The notes beneath the pieces were generated by a model. It was not told the origin of the DNA and did not search any database. It worked only from the letters and a program-made list of their open reading frames with translations. From the NCBI GenBank assembly GCA_016839815.1, contig JAEOTM010000204.1, forward strand, positions 32,001 to 96,000: a stretch of DNA of 64,000 nucleotides, written 5' to 3'. This stretch comes from Candidatus Hodarchaeota archaeon (GTDB lineage Archaea > Asgardarchaeota > Heimdallarchaeia > Hodarchaeales > Hodarchaeaceae). This document shows, one piece after another, positions 21,048 to 31,218 of this stretch. Position 1 is the stretch's first letter. Each line of letters starts with the position of its first letter. Made by a program: the position numbers and the translations under genes.

Positions 21048-21701
21048 TCAGTCATCTGATTTTTTGGATGATTTACATGTAGGAATGATGTTGAATAGGT
21101 GTGAAATTAACCGAAGAAAATAAGAAGTAAGATAAGCACGATAAAGGGAGAAGAATAGCGCAATTGACTTAAGAATTTCTTTAGCGGGATGAGTAGAGGG
21201 ATAGATGACGTTTCGTGCTAAGGATGAAAAAACGTGGGCAATTTCGGGACACGATTTAGACCGACATTCAAAATACTTCCCGTTGAAAGATTTAGCAACC
21301 ATCAAAGCTTCTTCATGGGATACAACAGGTGAGGATGAAGTAATTCCAACAAGAGCAAGGGGAACTTCTGGTAGGATATATTTTTGAAATTCAATTATAT
21401 GGTTGGGAATTTCTAAAAATGATTTTCGATTATTTCGATCAAAAAAGATGATACAGGCCGAAGCTCCACGATAATAACTAGGTCTCAGTTTACCAAAGAA
21501 TTCCTGTCCAGCTGTGTCTACTATGATCAATTTAACCCCGATACCATTTAGAGTGATCTTTTTTGTAGTAATATCGACGCCCAATGTTGGTAAATAATTT
21601 GTGTCAAACTTATTTTCCGCAAAGCGTCGGATAAGGGGGGTTTTTTCCACGCTCCCAGACCCTATTGCACATATTTTCAAGAGATATTCATTTGAATACA
21701 T
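21048..21701 (-). CDS. Rab-like small GTPase with altered G1 and G4
   Basis: GSGSVEKTP (G1 variant), YLPTLGVD, DTAGQEFF, YYRGA. No NKxD. Confidence 0.85.
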   Translation of the reverse strand: MYSNEYLLKICAIGSGSVEKTPLIRRFAENKFDTNYLPTLGVDITTKKITLNGIGVKLIIVDTAGQEFFGKLRPSYYRGASACIIFFDRNNRKSFLEIPNHIIEFQKYILPEVPLALVGITSSSPVVSHEEALMVAKSFNGKYFECRSKSCPEIAHVFSSLARNVIYPSTHPAKEILKSIALFFSLYRAYLTSYFLRLISHLFNIIPTCKSSKKSDD

Positions 21702-22030
21702 CAGTAACTAGCTCAGCTAGAATCCAGCTTTTATAGCCGACGAAATCCACCATTCGTTTTATGGTTAACTAGTATGATCGATAACAGTTAAAGAATTAAC
21801 TAGAGAATGTATTCGAGAAAAAGGGTATACGAAAAATAGAAAAAAGAGGAATACTACAAATATTAACCAGTATTGTGTTATTCACCTCACTACTTTAGAA
21901 TCCCTCAAGATAGTCGAAAATCCTTTTAGAAAATTGTACGAACTAGGAGGTACAGGTACTTTTAAAGTGGAAAAAATCGTCAATTTGCAGGGAAAAACAC
22001 ATTCTCCTAGCAATACCTAAGGGTGAGAAG

Positions 22031-24706
22031 TTGCCTATATTTAACAGGTATCTATTCAAGAAACTCATTAGAGATTCCGGAAGGACAAAATTATTAGTAA
22101 CATCTCTCCTTCTCTTGAGCATTATTGGGGTGGCATCATATATTGCTTTAGTAATGGGATATCAATCTCTTGAGTACTCGTATGAGCGATTTTACATAGA
22201 AAGTAGCTTCCACGATTATGAAATTCAGGCAACGGAAGGACAATGGTTAGATCAAAGCCAGCTGAGTACCCTTACTGAAGGTTTCCTAGTACAAAATACT
22301 GCTATCCAGGCGATTAATTACCGTTTGTTAATAGAAAGTGGTTATAACTATTCTAAGAAAGACATCTTCATCACTGGGGCAGGAAAGATTGTAGGATACA
22401 ATACAAGCACTCCGTACGAACAGCAAATTAACCGTTTATCCATTAAAGATGGAAAGGAGTACATCCCGAATGGAAACTCGAGTATCTCATCGAATGGATC
22501 ATCGAATCAGGTCATAGTGAACAACCAATTTGCAGACAGGCTAAATCTAAAAATTGAGGACCAGATTACCCTTCGAATGAATAAAGGAAAACAGGTTACG
22601 ATACGAGGAATTGCGTATTCCCCAGAATACGCTGTGGTTATTCCTTCTAAGTGGGGATCTATCATTCCGATGAACCAATATGGAATATTTTACATGCCAC
22701 TTTCCACTGTTCAGATGGATCTTAACTTAACAGGGAGAATTAATAACATTCTAATTAAATTTATACCAGAAACCACAGATTTGGTACAAAAACAAATCAT
22801 AAAAGATTATCAGAATTTAATCATACAATCATTAAACGTCAGTCTCCTTGATCCTGTATCATCAGAATTTCAAGTCTCTAATTGGTTTATAAGACTGAAT
22901 ATTGAAGGATTCAGAGAAATTGCACAATTCTTACCCTTTCTTGTATTGTGTGTGGCCACTCTTACCATTTTTGTATCGTTTAATCGACTAATCTATCACC
23001 AAAAACGTGAAATTGGGGTCATCCTCTCCTTAGGATTTACTCCAAATGATATTCTTATCCATTATATCAGCTATATCCTAATAATTGCTGGAATTGGAGC
23101 CATTTTAGGAACAATCACAGGGATATTCTTCACTCATGTGGTTGCGAGTTTTTTCGGGATAATCTCTTCGATTCCACATATATTAGTTAAGATTGATCCC
23201 TTGGTTATTCTCTTTGCAGGTTTAATGGGATTTCTAGCTTCTTTTATTGGCGGATTCTATCCAGCTTTTATTGGAAGTCGCTTAAATCCAAAACAGGCAA
23301 TAGGGAATTACACTAAAGCACTAAACCTTGGAAAATTGGCAAAATTAGGGATTATTGACAAATCTCGTCTTAATGTACAGATAAAGATGTTATTTAGGAA
23401 CATCTTCAGAAATGGATGGAGAAGTCTCACAAACACCATGGGGGCTGCAGCTACCATGATAGTTCTATTTATATCACTTACTCTACTCTTTGCCATGACG
23501 ACAACTATAAATACAGAATTTAACCAGATTAATGATTACGATCTAGAACTTACATTTACAAAACCGAAATTAGGAGATTTAAATCTTTATAGTGAATTAT
23601 CAAAATTAAAAACTATAAAGACGGAATATGGAATAGAGGCTTACGACTGTGTTTTGGAAATTCCAGTAATTTTTTTTTCCGATGACCTAAAAAAGTCAAA
23701 TGAAGGAATGTTAATTGGATTTAATTCCAGCACTCCTATCACTCACAATTTTAAGTGGGATACTCAGTTTTCTACTCAGTGGGAGAGTCCTAAATCAACC
23801 ATAGTGTTAACATCCGGACTGGCAAATTTTTTCGGACTTGAAAATAGTGTAGACAATGAGATAGTTGTAAAACATCCACGAGTACTTAGCGTAGAAGAAG
23901 AACTGTGGTTACGATTATTTTATTTCCAGAATGGAAGAAATACAACTCTCACTCTATTACAGGATCAATTCGAGGATAGTCCATATGTAATGAACTACAA
24001 TCAAAGTACTGAGTTCCAGACAAAGAACAGTCGAATCTCTGTTGGTGGAGTATCAAAAGAACTCTGGGGAACAATGAATTACGTTTCATTAGACAAAATG
24101 ATAAGTATGTTAGGCCTGAGTTTATTTAATGAATTAGGAATCGATCTGACTCCAGTGTCGAAAATTTATATCAAACTCAATTCACACGGAATAAAATTTC
24201 AATCACAAATTGAAAGTAAACTATTATCCACTCTGAATGATATTGAGTCTATTACAACAATAACACAAATTCAAGAAGGAACGGAAGCGTACTTAGAAAT
24301 TTTAAATGTCTTAATCCTTCTCCTAATAATTGTAGCTATTATAATTTCAATCTTATCACAAATAACAACCGTTTTTCTCAATACTCATGAAAGAAAGAAG
24401 GAACTCCTAACTATGCAAGTCCTAGGATCCTCAGATTTTGAAATTTCGTTTGGTTTCTTAGCTGAAAACTTACTTCTTACAGTACTTGGATTGATATTAG
24501 GGGCCCCTATTGGCTTCAGATTGACCCAAATGATCGTTACTACCATGTTCCCAATGATGGTGTATCTTCACATCACATTCGAGGTTGAAATTGTCATTCT
24601 CATTATTCTAAGTGTCATAATAACAAGTATTGTTACTCAAATTCCCACATTATTATCTCTTTTCAAATTAGATTTATCATTGATCTCAAAAGAGTTTATT
24701 GGATAA
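22031..24706 (+). CDS. FtsX/MacB-like ABC permease with two repeats
   Basis: QKREIGVILSLGF and ERKKELLTMQVLGSS motifs, with large extracytoplasmic loops. Confidence 0.88.
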   Translation: MPIFNRYLFKKLIRDSGRTKLLVTSLLLLSIIGVASYIALVMGYQSLEYSYERFYIESSFHDYEIQATEGQWLDQSQLSTLTEGFLVQNTAIQAINYRLLIESGYNYSKKDIFITGAGKIVGYNTSTPYEQQINRLSIKDGKEYIPNGNSSISSNGSSNQVIVNNQFADRLNLKIEDQITLRMNKGKQVTIRGIAYSPEYAVVIPSKWGSIIPMNQYGIFYMPLSTVQMDLNLTGRINNILIKFIPETTDLVQKQIIKDYQNLIIQSLNVSLLDPVSSEFQVSNWFIRLNIEGFREIAQFLPFLVLCVATLTIFVSFNRLIYHQKREIGVILSLGFTPNDILIHYISYILIIAGIGAILGTITGIFFTHVVASFFGIISSIPHILVKIDPLVILFAGLMGFLASFIGGFYPAFIGSRLNPKQAIGNYTKALNLGKLAKLGIIDKSRLNVQIKMLFRNIFRNGWRSLTNTMGAAATMIVLFISLTLLFAMTTTINTEFNQINDYDLELTFTKPKLGDLNLYSELSKLKTIKTEYGIEAYDCVLEIPVIFFSDDLKKSNEGMLIGFNSSTPITHNFKWDTQFSTQWESPKSTIVLTSGLANFFGLENSVDNEIVVKHPRVLSVEEELWLRLFYFQNGRNTTLTLLQDQFEDSPYVMNYNQSTEFQTKNSRISVGGVSKELWGTMNYVSLDKMISMLGLSLFNELGIDLTPVSKIYIKLNSHGIKFQSQIESKLLSTLNDIESITTITQIQEGTEAYLEILNVLILLLIIVAIIISILSQITTVFLNTHERKKELLTMQVLGSSDFEISFGFLAENLLLTVLGLILGAPIGFRLTQMIVTTMFPMMVYLHITFEVEIVILIILSVIITSIVTQIPTLLSLFKLDLSLISKEFIG

Positions 24707-24800
24707 CAATGTGATGTGTAATCTCTGATATACTCCCTCTCATGAGTTTACTCGGAAGGGAGTTAAGTTTATGAATATATAGTTCTCCTCAGCTACCAAG

Positions 24801-26228
24801 ATGGTTTCTTCAAGATTCTATTTGATTCTCATTTTAACCTCATTTTTTGCATTTTTCCTTGGACAAATAAGCACAATAACAGTGACATACCAAATACTAC
24901 AAGATCCTATCCCAGATTATATTTTTTATAATGGAACTGTTATTACCATGGAAAATAATCAACCTAGTGCGGAGGCAGTTGCGGTTATGGGAAATCTCAT
25001 TAGTACTGTTGGAACAGAAGCAGAAGTTTTTTCTTACGCTGATTCTACAACCGTATTGATCAATTTACACAAAAAAACACTGGTTCCAGGATTTATTGAT
25101 TCGCACTCTCATTGGATTGGAGATCGTGGATTAACCAATACCACAGAATTGAATGATGTCATCAATGCCTTAATCTCTTATGGATGGACCAGTATTTCGG
25201 AGCTATTTGTAAATCAGGATCGGCTAACTGAACTCCAAGCTGTAGATGACTCTAACTTATTAAAAGTTAGAGTTAATTGCTATCTCCCTTTAGGTTATGG
25301 ATTTGATAGGTTTGGGGATTGGTATCAAGCTTATACTCCTGGTCACGAATTTAGCTCTCGGTTACGAATCGCTGGAGTGAAATTATTTGCAGATAGGTGG
25401 TATTTTGAACCTCTAATTCTGATCAATCAGTCTGAAATGTATCAACTGGTTCAAGAAGCGCATGCATTAGGATTTCAAATTGCTACACACAGCGTAGTTC
25501 CTAATGCAACGGATATTGTCCTTAATGCTTACCAATCGGTGATAGGTAGCGGAACAAATGAGCTTCGACATCGAATCGAACATCTGGTGTTGCTCAGAAA
25601 TGATCAAATTACGAGGTTGGCAGAACTGGCGATTCTTGGATGTATTCAGCTTCCTTGGTTTAATTCAGATTGGAATGATAGAATTGAACCTGCAATTGGT
25701 AGAGATAGGGCACTTCTGGTAGGACGATGGCGAGATCTACTTAATGTAGGAGTTCACCTCATGGGGAGTACTGATTATCCGTACGTCCTTGGGGAGGTAA
25801 AGACTCCAATGGGTTGTTTAGCCTCTGCGGTCACAAGGATAGGTACATTGGGTGAGACTCCTGTCGACTTTATGTTAAACGAAAGGATAACTCCTGAACA
25901 AGCTTTACGTACATTGACCATAAATGGTGCTTACGGAACTTTCCAAGAAAATGTAAAAGGCAGTATTCGATTTGGCAAGTTAGCTGATTTGGTCGTCTTA
26001 TCAGACAATCCTCTAATGGTTCCTGAAACCAATATCCAAGATATTGAAGTACTATTAACAATGATTGATGGAAAAATCGAATATTTGAATCCAGAAGGTC
26101 CTGAAATTACTAATTTTCTCTCTAGTCGAACTGCTCCCATAAGCTCTGCAACATCAGTTGGGATTCTTCCTTTAATTATTACTTTTGGTGTCCTCTTCCA
26201 AATTAGAAATCTACAGAAAAAATCCTAA
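24801..26228 (+). CDS. Amidohydrolase family 3 (YtcJ-like), secreted and C-terminally anchored
   Basis: PGFIDSHSH, RHRIEH, GSTDYP, GKLADLVVL. Hydrophobic segments at both ends. Confidence 0.9.
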   Translation: MVSSRFYLILILTSFFAFFLGQISTITVTYQILQDPIPDYIFYNGTVITMENNQPSAEAVAVMGNLISTVGTEAEVFSYADSTTVLINLHKKTLVPGFIDSHSHWIGDRGLTNTTELNDVINALISYGWTSISELFVNQDRLTELQAVDDSNLLKVRVNCYLPLGYGFDRFGDWYQAYTPGHEFSSRLRIAGVKLFADRWYFEPLILINQSEMYQLVQEAHALGFQIATHSVVPNATDIVLNAYQSVIGSGTNELRHRIEHLVLLRNDQITRLAELAILGCIQLPWFNSDWNDRIEPAIGRDRALLVGRWRDLLNVGVHLMGSTDYPYVLGEVKTPMGCLASAVTRIGTLGETPVDFMLNERITPEQALRTLTINGAYGTFQENVKGSIRFGKLADLVVLSDNPLMVPETNIQDIEVLLTMIDGKIEYLNPEGPEITNFLSSRTAPISSATSVGILPLIITFGVLFQIRNLQKKS

Positions 26229-26271
26229 TCTCAAAGCTTGAACACTAAAGCAAGAATTCGGGATTAGGTTC

Positions 26272-26835
26272 TTAATCTTGAGTCAAGATCAATTCCGTAA
26301 GTCTAGTGAAAATAAGATCCATTTGTGATAGATCAGAAAGAGGACATTCAAAATAATGAAGATTAAGTGTCTTTGCTAATTGTTGGCCTTCCTCGGAGGA
26401 AATAGATTTATTGTTTCCATTCACCGCAACAAGACCTATGGGAACTAATTTACCTTGAATTTCCTGAAATTCGTGACACAATTCTTCAACTTTCTTAAAA
26501 GAATCAAGATCGCCTTTATCATAGAAAATAAGACACCCGTGGGCCCCTTGATAATACATACTACGTAACGCTTTATATTTTGCTCTTGAAACGATGTAAA
26601 TTTTCAATTTGACCTCAGTAGACCTTATCTTAACAGTCTTCAAGCCAAAATCGCTCCCTACAGTCGATGAATAATCAATTTTAAATGTAGAATCGGCTGT
26701 TAAACGGCCAAGATGTTGAATCAAGTGAAAATTGGTACCAATCATACAAATCTTGAAATTAAGTTTATCAGAGGTCATTTTACACAAACTCATACACTTC
26801 TCTCCACAAACTCCAAAATGAGAAGTGATCTTCAA
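26272..26835 (-). CDS. Rab-like pseudo-GTPase lacking the P-loop and G3
   Basis: FKICMIG, STVGSDFGLK, YYQGAHGCLIFYD and EEGQQLAK..NLHYFEC are retained. GxxxxGKT and DxxG are absent. Confidence 0.75.
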   Translation of the reverse strand: MKITSHFGVCGEKCMSLCKMTSDKLNFKICMIGTNFHLIQHLGRLTADSTFKIDYSSTVGSDFGLKTVKIRSTEVKLKIYIVSRAKYKALRSMYYQGAHGCLIFYDKGDLDSFKKVEELCHEFQEIQGKLVPIGLVAVNGNNKSISSEEGQQLAKTLNLHYFECPLSDLSQMDLIFTRLTELILTQD

Positions 26836-26921
26836 TTCGAAAATTTCAATTTACCATAAAATAAAGATTCTTATTCCACACGCTTCTAGAAAGAACGAGA
26901 TACTAACAAGGAGGTTTACGT

Positions 26922-27827
26922 ATACGCGCTTATGATTTTATTCAAACGAGTGTTTTTACTGATGATCGATATGGATTCTCGGGAAACCAGTTGGCAACGT
27001 TTTGGAATCTAAAAGAGAATGATCTAACACAGGAAGAGATGCAAGGTATTACTCGTGAAATGAATTTCTCTGAAACAACATTTGTATTTCCCTCTACAAT
27101 TAAGAAATGTATTAGAAAAGTACGAATTTTTACTCCAGGTCTTGAAATCCCATTTGCAGGCCATCCAACATTAGGAACAGCATTTGTATTAAAACATCAA
27201 GATATACTTAGTCATGATCAAATGACAGCATTTTTAGAGTTGGGAATCGGTCCAATTGAGGTGAAATTTAAAACAAACCATCATATACAGATGTATCAAT
27301 CGAAACCTGAATTTCAGGAAGTATTCGAGGACAAAGAAGTAATGGCACAAATTTTAGGAGTATCTCCTGGCGTAATTGCAGATTATGGACCCATGCAATT
27401 TATTTCAACAGGTTTTCCATTCTTAATCGTCCCTATTACCACACTAAAAGCGATTCAAGCAATCAAACTTAATTCAACTCTTTTGATGGACACTTTAAGC
27501 AACTATCCATCTCAGGATTTAGTAGTGCTTACCCCTGAAACCATTCATCCTGATTCACAGGCACATGTGCGAATGTTTGCGCCATCTGCTGGAGTTTTTG
27601 AGGATCCAGCTACAGGAAGTGCAGCTGGACCGATTGGAGGATATATTGAAGCCCATAGAATTCTAAAAAATCATGTTAAGGGGTCAAAAATATCTTTAGA
27701 GCAGGGACATGAGATTAATAGACCAAGTAAACTTATTGTAGAGTGCCTCTTCGAAAAAGAGGAATTTCAACAAATAATTGTTGGTGGTACAGTGAAGTTA
27801 ACTGCGGAAGGAAGATTTGTGCTCTAG
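26922..27827 (+). CDS. PhzF-family isomerase/epimerase with an apparent ATA start
   Basis: EMNFSETTF, EIPFAGHPTLG, EDPATGSA. The conserved VFT...GNQLA N-terminus lies upstream of TTG 26991. GGAGGT sits 6 nt before ATA 26922. Confidence 0.88.
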   Translation: MRAYDFIQTSVFTDDRYGFSGNQLATFWNLKENDLTQEEMQGITREMNFSETTFVFPSTIKKCIRKVRIFTPGLEIPFAGHPTLGTAFVLKHQDILSHDQMTAFLELGIGPIEVKFKTNHHIQMYQSKPEFQEVFEDKEVMAQILGVSPGVIADYGPMQFISTGFPFLIVPITTLKAIQAIKLNSTLLMDTLSNYPSQDLVVLTPETIHPDSQAHVRMFAPSAGVFEDPATGSAAGPIGGYIEAHRILKNHVKGSKISLEQGHEINRPSKLIVECLFEKEEFQQIIVGGTVKLTAEGRFVL

Positions 27828-28750
27828 GGTGACTTAAGCAGAATCCTCTCAATTTGATCTTTCTGTTCATAGATCCAGTAGAAAATCTCCTCTGCACGTT
27901 TTGCTTTTGATATATCTACAGGATGGTAATAAAGTAAGAAAAACAGCTGGATTTGCATTAAAACTGACCAAAATCCTTTTTTTTCATTTTCATTCATGAT
28001 ATTGGTTTGTAAGTATCCATTTACCATAGAATGTAAAATTGTGTACCAACTAGCAGAAAAATTTGTATTATGGGAATCAAAGATCGCACTTAAGACTCCT
28101 GATACAAGATAACATAAATCAAAAATCTTTATCCCATATGTAACTAATTCAAAGTCTAAGATGGCAATAAGTTGTGCATTTTTATGAGTTCCTTGAAAAA
28201 GAAGGTTTTCTAGATGAAAATCTCGGTGAATAACTTGCCTGGAGAACACTTTTTCGAAAGAGGAGAAACTACTTTCAACAAGATCAAGATAGGGAAGGAT
28301 TCGACTTGCATTATACCTTCCAGAGGCTTTCTGAAAGAACTTCAATACTCTTTCTCTCAACCCTTCAAAGAGTGGAGGAATATCACTGAAGTTCAACAGT
28401 GGAGCGGGAAAAAGACTAAGACTGCTATGTAATGATCCTAAAATGATTCCAAACCGTTCACACCAAGAAACATTTTCTGAAATTATTTCTAGATCAATAG
28501 TAGTACCTTCAAGGAAGGTATATAAGCAATAAGGAGTATTCTCTGTTATGGTAAACTGAGAATGATCTTGTGTTCTTAATGGAGAATTTACTGGGATTCC
28601 CTCCTTATGTAAGAATTCAAGGATTAAATTTTCTCTTTGTAGCTGATTCAAATCTTGTTTAGATTTCAGAATATACCGTTGTTCGGGAGTAATGATCAGC
28701 TTACTCCTCTTATCTTGACCAAGCTCTTTAATTTGATGGGAATGTGCCAA
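27824..28750 (-). CDS. Phosphotransferase (homoserine kinase type II / APH family)
   Basis: IHRDFHLENLLF and ILDFE motifs. Confidence 0.85.
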   Translation of the reverse strand: MAHSHQIKELGQDKRSKLIITPEQRYILKSKQDLNQLQRENLILEFLHKEGIPVNSPLRTQDHSQFTITENTPYCLYTFLEGTTIDLEIISENVSWCERFGIILGSLHSSLSLFPAPLLNFSDIPPLFEGLRERVLKFFQKASGRYNASRILPYLDLVESSFSSFEKVFSRQVIHRDFHLENLLFQGTHKNAQLIAILDFELVTYGIKIFDLCYLVSGVLSAIFDSHNTNFSASWYTILHSMVNGYLQTNIMNENEKKGFWSVLMQIQLFFLLYYHPVDISKAKRAEEIFYWIYEQKDQIERILLKSP

Positions 28751-28951
28751 TTTCCATGCTTGAAGAATCTTTTCCAGATTTTACCCTCAGATACGTTTAG
28801 TTGTCTCCGTAGATTTAGTCTTAATCTACATACTTAACTTTGATTTATTTTTGTGATATACATTTGATTAGAGGGATATTACAGGAAAATTTGTAAGGAA
28901 TCAAAATTTATACCCCCAGAGGAGTAAAATCAATTTCTGAGAGTTAAGATA

Positions 28952-29476
28952 ATGAATTCAGCAACACAACACAAGTTCAAGTGGCCTATAGGTGTTACTT
29001 TACAATTCTCCGCATCCGCCGAAGAAGTATGGGATCTAATATCCACTCCAGAAATTTTGGAGAAAACTCATCCATTCTGTAAAAGAAACCCAGTTCATAC
29101 CTGGTTTGGTGAGGGATCCAAGGATACTATTGAATATTACAATGGTAGAATCATGCATAGAGAGTTTTACTTTTGGAAAGAAGGACTGGGATATGATCTC
29201 TTGATTGGTCGAGAAGGAGGACGAAAATCAAAAGTGACATGGAGAATTAAACCTCAAGATACAGAAAATAGTGCTCTAACGATTACGATTTTTCCGAATA
29301 ATCTACAGGAGCGGTCGTGGATAAGATCAGTGCTTTTATACTACAGTGTAGTCAAACCTATGCTTAAAAAATATCTTCTTTCGGTATTAACTGGATTCGA
29401 TCATTACCTCAACACTGGTGAGCCAGTCTCCAAAAACCAGTTTGGTACTCATAAATGGTTCTCTACTCAAGATTAG
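28952..29476 (+). CDS. SRPBCC/START-like protein
   Basis: ASAEEVWDLISTP N-terminus, length, and C-terminal helix. Confidence 0.7.
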   Translation: MNSATQHKFKWPIGVTLQFSASAEEVWDLISTPEILEKTHPFCKRNPVHTWFGEGSKDTIEYYNGRIMHREFYFWKEGLGYDLLIGREGGRKSKVTWRIKPQDTENSALTITIFPNNLQERSWIRSVLLYYSVVKPMLKKYLLSVLTGFDHYLNTGEPVSKNQFGTHKWFSTQD

Positions 29477-29574
29477 TTGTTCCAAATACATCCTCAATCA
29501 ATTCCAAGGTGAGGAGCTGGAAGGGAAATTCTACCCAAATCTATTTAAAATCATTAAAAGTGTAAAGTTGATTT

Positions 29575-30426
29575 ATGTGCCTCACCTGCTACCAACATAC
29601 ACGGAAAATCTGGTACCAACAAAAAGATGCGTATGATATCAGTTCTGGACGATTTTTGAAAATCTTTCCTGGAAAATTTCGGGAACATTGGTATAATTTT
29701 TATGGTGCACGTCTGCAAAAGATGGTAGATAATGCCACCTATGATATTGCTGCTGATGCGAATCGGAAACCGTACACAGGCCTGAAAAAAGCATTTTACA
29801 ATTATTTTGCAAGGAATTTTTTAGGGGGACAAGTAGCTTCGTCTCTTGATGAATTACTCCAAGTACTTGAGAACGCAGAGGACCTCTATTTACATTATTG
29901 CAGTTGTAAAAAGGGAGCAACAGGTGAAGCTGATCTTCGATGTATTTTTATCAATCATTTAGCTCGGTACAATCGGAAACGTCATATTGAGGGCGAAGGA
30001 CGCTTTCTCGACAAGGATGAAGCTAAAGAGATTATTATTGATCGTCGAAATCAAGGACATTATGGGACCATTTTGTGGGGGATGCGGCCCAATATTGATA
30101 GTATCTGTAATTGTGATCAGAATTGTGCTGGTTTGTATACTCCTGAAATCCGTTGGGGACTCCTCCCATCATTCATGATTAGTCAAGTTGTGAATGCTGA
30201 TAAATGTGATCCACACTGCAATAGCTGCTTAACTACCTGCTATTCAAAAGCGATTCTTAAACAAGAAGACTCTCCAGTAGATAGCGTGGATCAGGAAAAA
30301 TGTATAGGCTGTAATTTATGTGTCGAACGTTGTCCATATGGTGTGTTTGTGAGTACCCCACGAAAAATTTACTACGATGCTGCTATTGGCAAGAAAGTGG
30401 AGCTAGAAGCCTTAGAGCTTGAGTAG
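29575..30426 (+). CDS. 4Fe-4S ferredoxin-domain protein
   Basis: CSCK, ICNCDQNC, CDPHCNSCLTTC, CIGCNLCVERCP. Confidence 0.88.
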   Translation: MCLTCYQHTRKIWYQQKDAYDISSGRFLKIFPGKFREHWYNFYGARLQKMVDNATYDIAADANRKPYTGLKKAFYNYFARNFLGGQVASSLDELLQVLENAEDLYLHYCSCKKGATGEADLRCIFINHLARYNRKRHIEGEGRFLDKDEAKEIIIDRRNQGHYGTILWGMRPNIDSICNCDQNCAGLYTPEIRWGLLPSFMISQVVNADKCDPHCNSCLTTCYSKAILKQEDSPVDSVDQEKCIGCNLCVERCPYGVFVSTPRKIYYDAAIGKKVELEALELE

Positions 30427-30438
30427 ATCGCTTAGAAC

Positions 30439-30768
30439 CTACTTGTGTGGTAAGGTTGAAGTAAATGCAAGTCCTTTTTCAATCCAAAAATGAAGAATAG
30501 AATCCTCTGAAACACCTTCCTCATCTACAAAGATCATTCCTCTTAATGGTTTCCCAGTAAAGTCCATTTCGCGAGTAAACTCTGTTTTTAATGCTTGTTC
30601 GTAGTGTTCCTTGCCAACTCTCACCATAAGATCGTCCTTTATTACTCCAACAGTCATATTTCCATTCAGCATGAATGCAAGTCCTCCAAACATCTTTTTT
30701 TCGGTTACTCCAGGAGCTGCATCTAAAAATTCTCGAATTCGTTGAGCTAAACCTTCATCATAGACCAT
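30439..30768 (-). CDS. TfoX/Sxy N-terminal-domain family protein
   Basis: EKKMFGGLAFMLNGNM...LMVRVG...MDFTGKPLRG. Confidence 0.9.
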   Translation of the reverse strand: MVYDEGLAQRIREFLDAAPGVTEKKMFGGLAFMLNGNMTVGVIKDDLMVRVGKEHYEQALKTEFTREMDFTGKPLRGMIFVDEEGVSEDSILHFWIEKGLAFTSTLPHK

Positions 30769-30936
30769 TCGGGAGAACACCTGTTGAAGATGGATAATTA
30801 AGTAGAAGATTGTGTAAGAAAATATAGATACTTGTGTGAAAATCTCGTTTTGAGATTTATAAATTCACCCTGCCAGAATGACAACGTAATGAGCGAGATT
30901 TTAATAGAAAAGTCAGAAAAAAGAAGAGAATGGGTA

Positions 30937-31131
30937 TTAATACCCAATAGGGGGATAAGGTCCTTCTAGCGGGTCAGCTATCCCTTGACTGAGAGCAAAG
31001 AATGTTACAACCAGCCAAAGGGTGATCCAGAAGATTTTCATCCAATTTTTTCGCTTCGGGATTCGATTAAACACTTTTGGTCTCCTTCTGTATAATTTGT
31101 CAAAAAGGACTCTGAGCAATCTACTGCTCAA
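30937..31131 (-). CDS. Small secreted pro-peptide candidate; predicted mature tail DPLEGPYPPIGY
   Basis: Basic n-region, hydrophobic core, SQGIA putative cleavage site, 12-aa Pro/Gly-rich tail. Alternative ATG at 31041. Divergent from the 485-aa regulator. Confidence 0.6.
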   Translation of the reverse strand: MSSRLLRVLFDKLYRRRPKVFNRIPKRKNWMKIFWITLWLVVTFFALSQGIADPLEGPYPPIGY

Positions 31132-31218
31132 TGAGTATTGTGATTCAGGCTTATATATTCGAAAGCAGTTCTTGGGAGACTTTAATCAAAAAGAGGGGTA
31201 AACTAATGGGGAAAGTTA

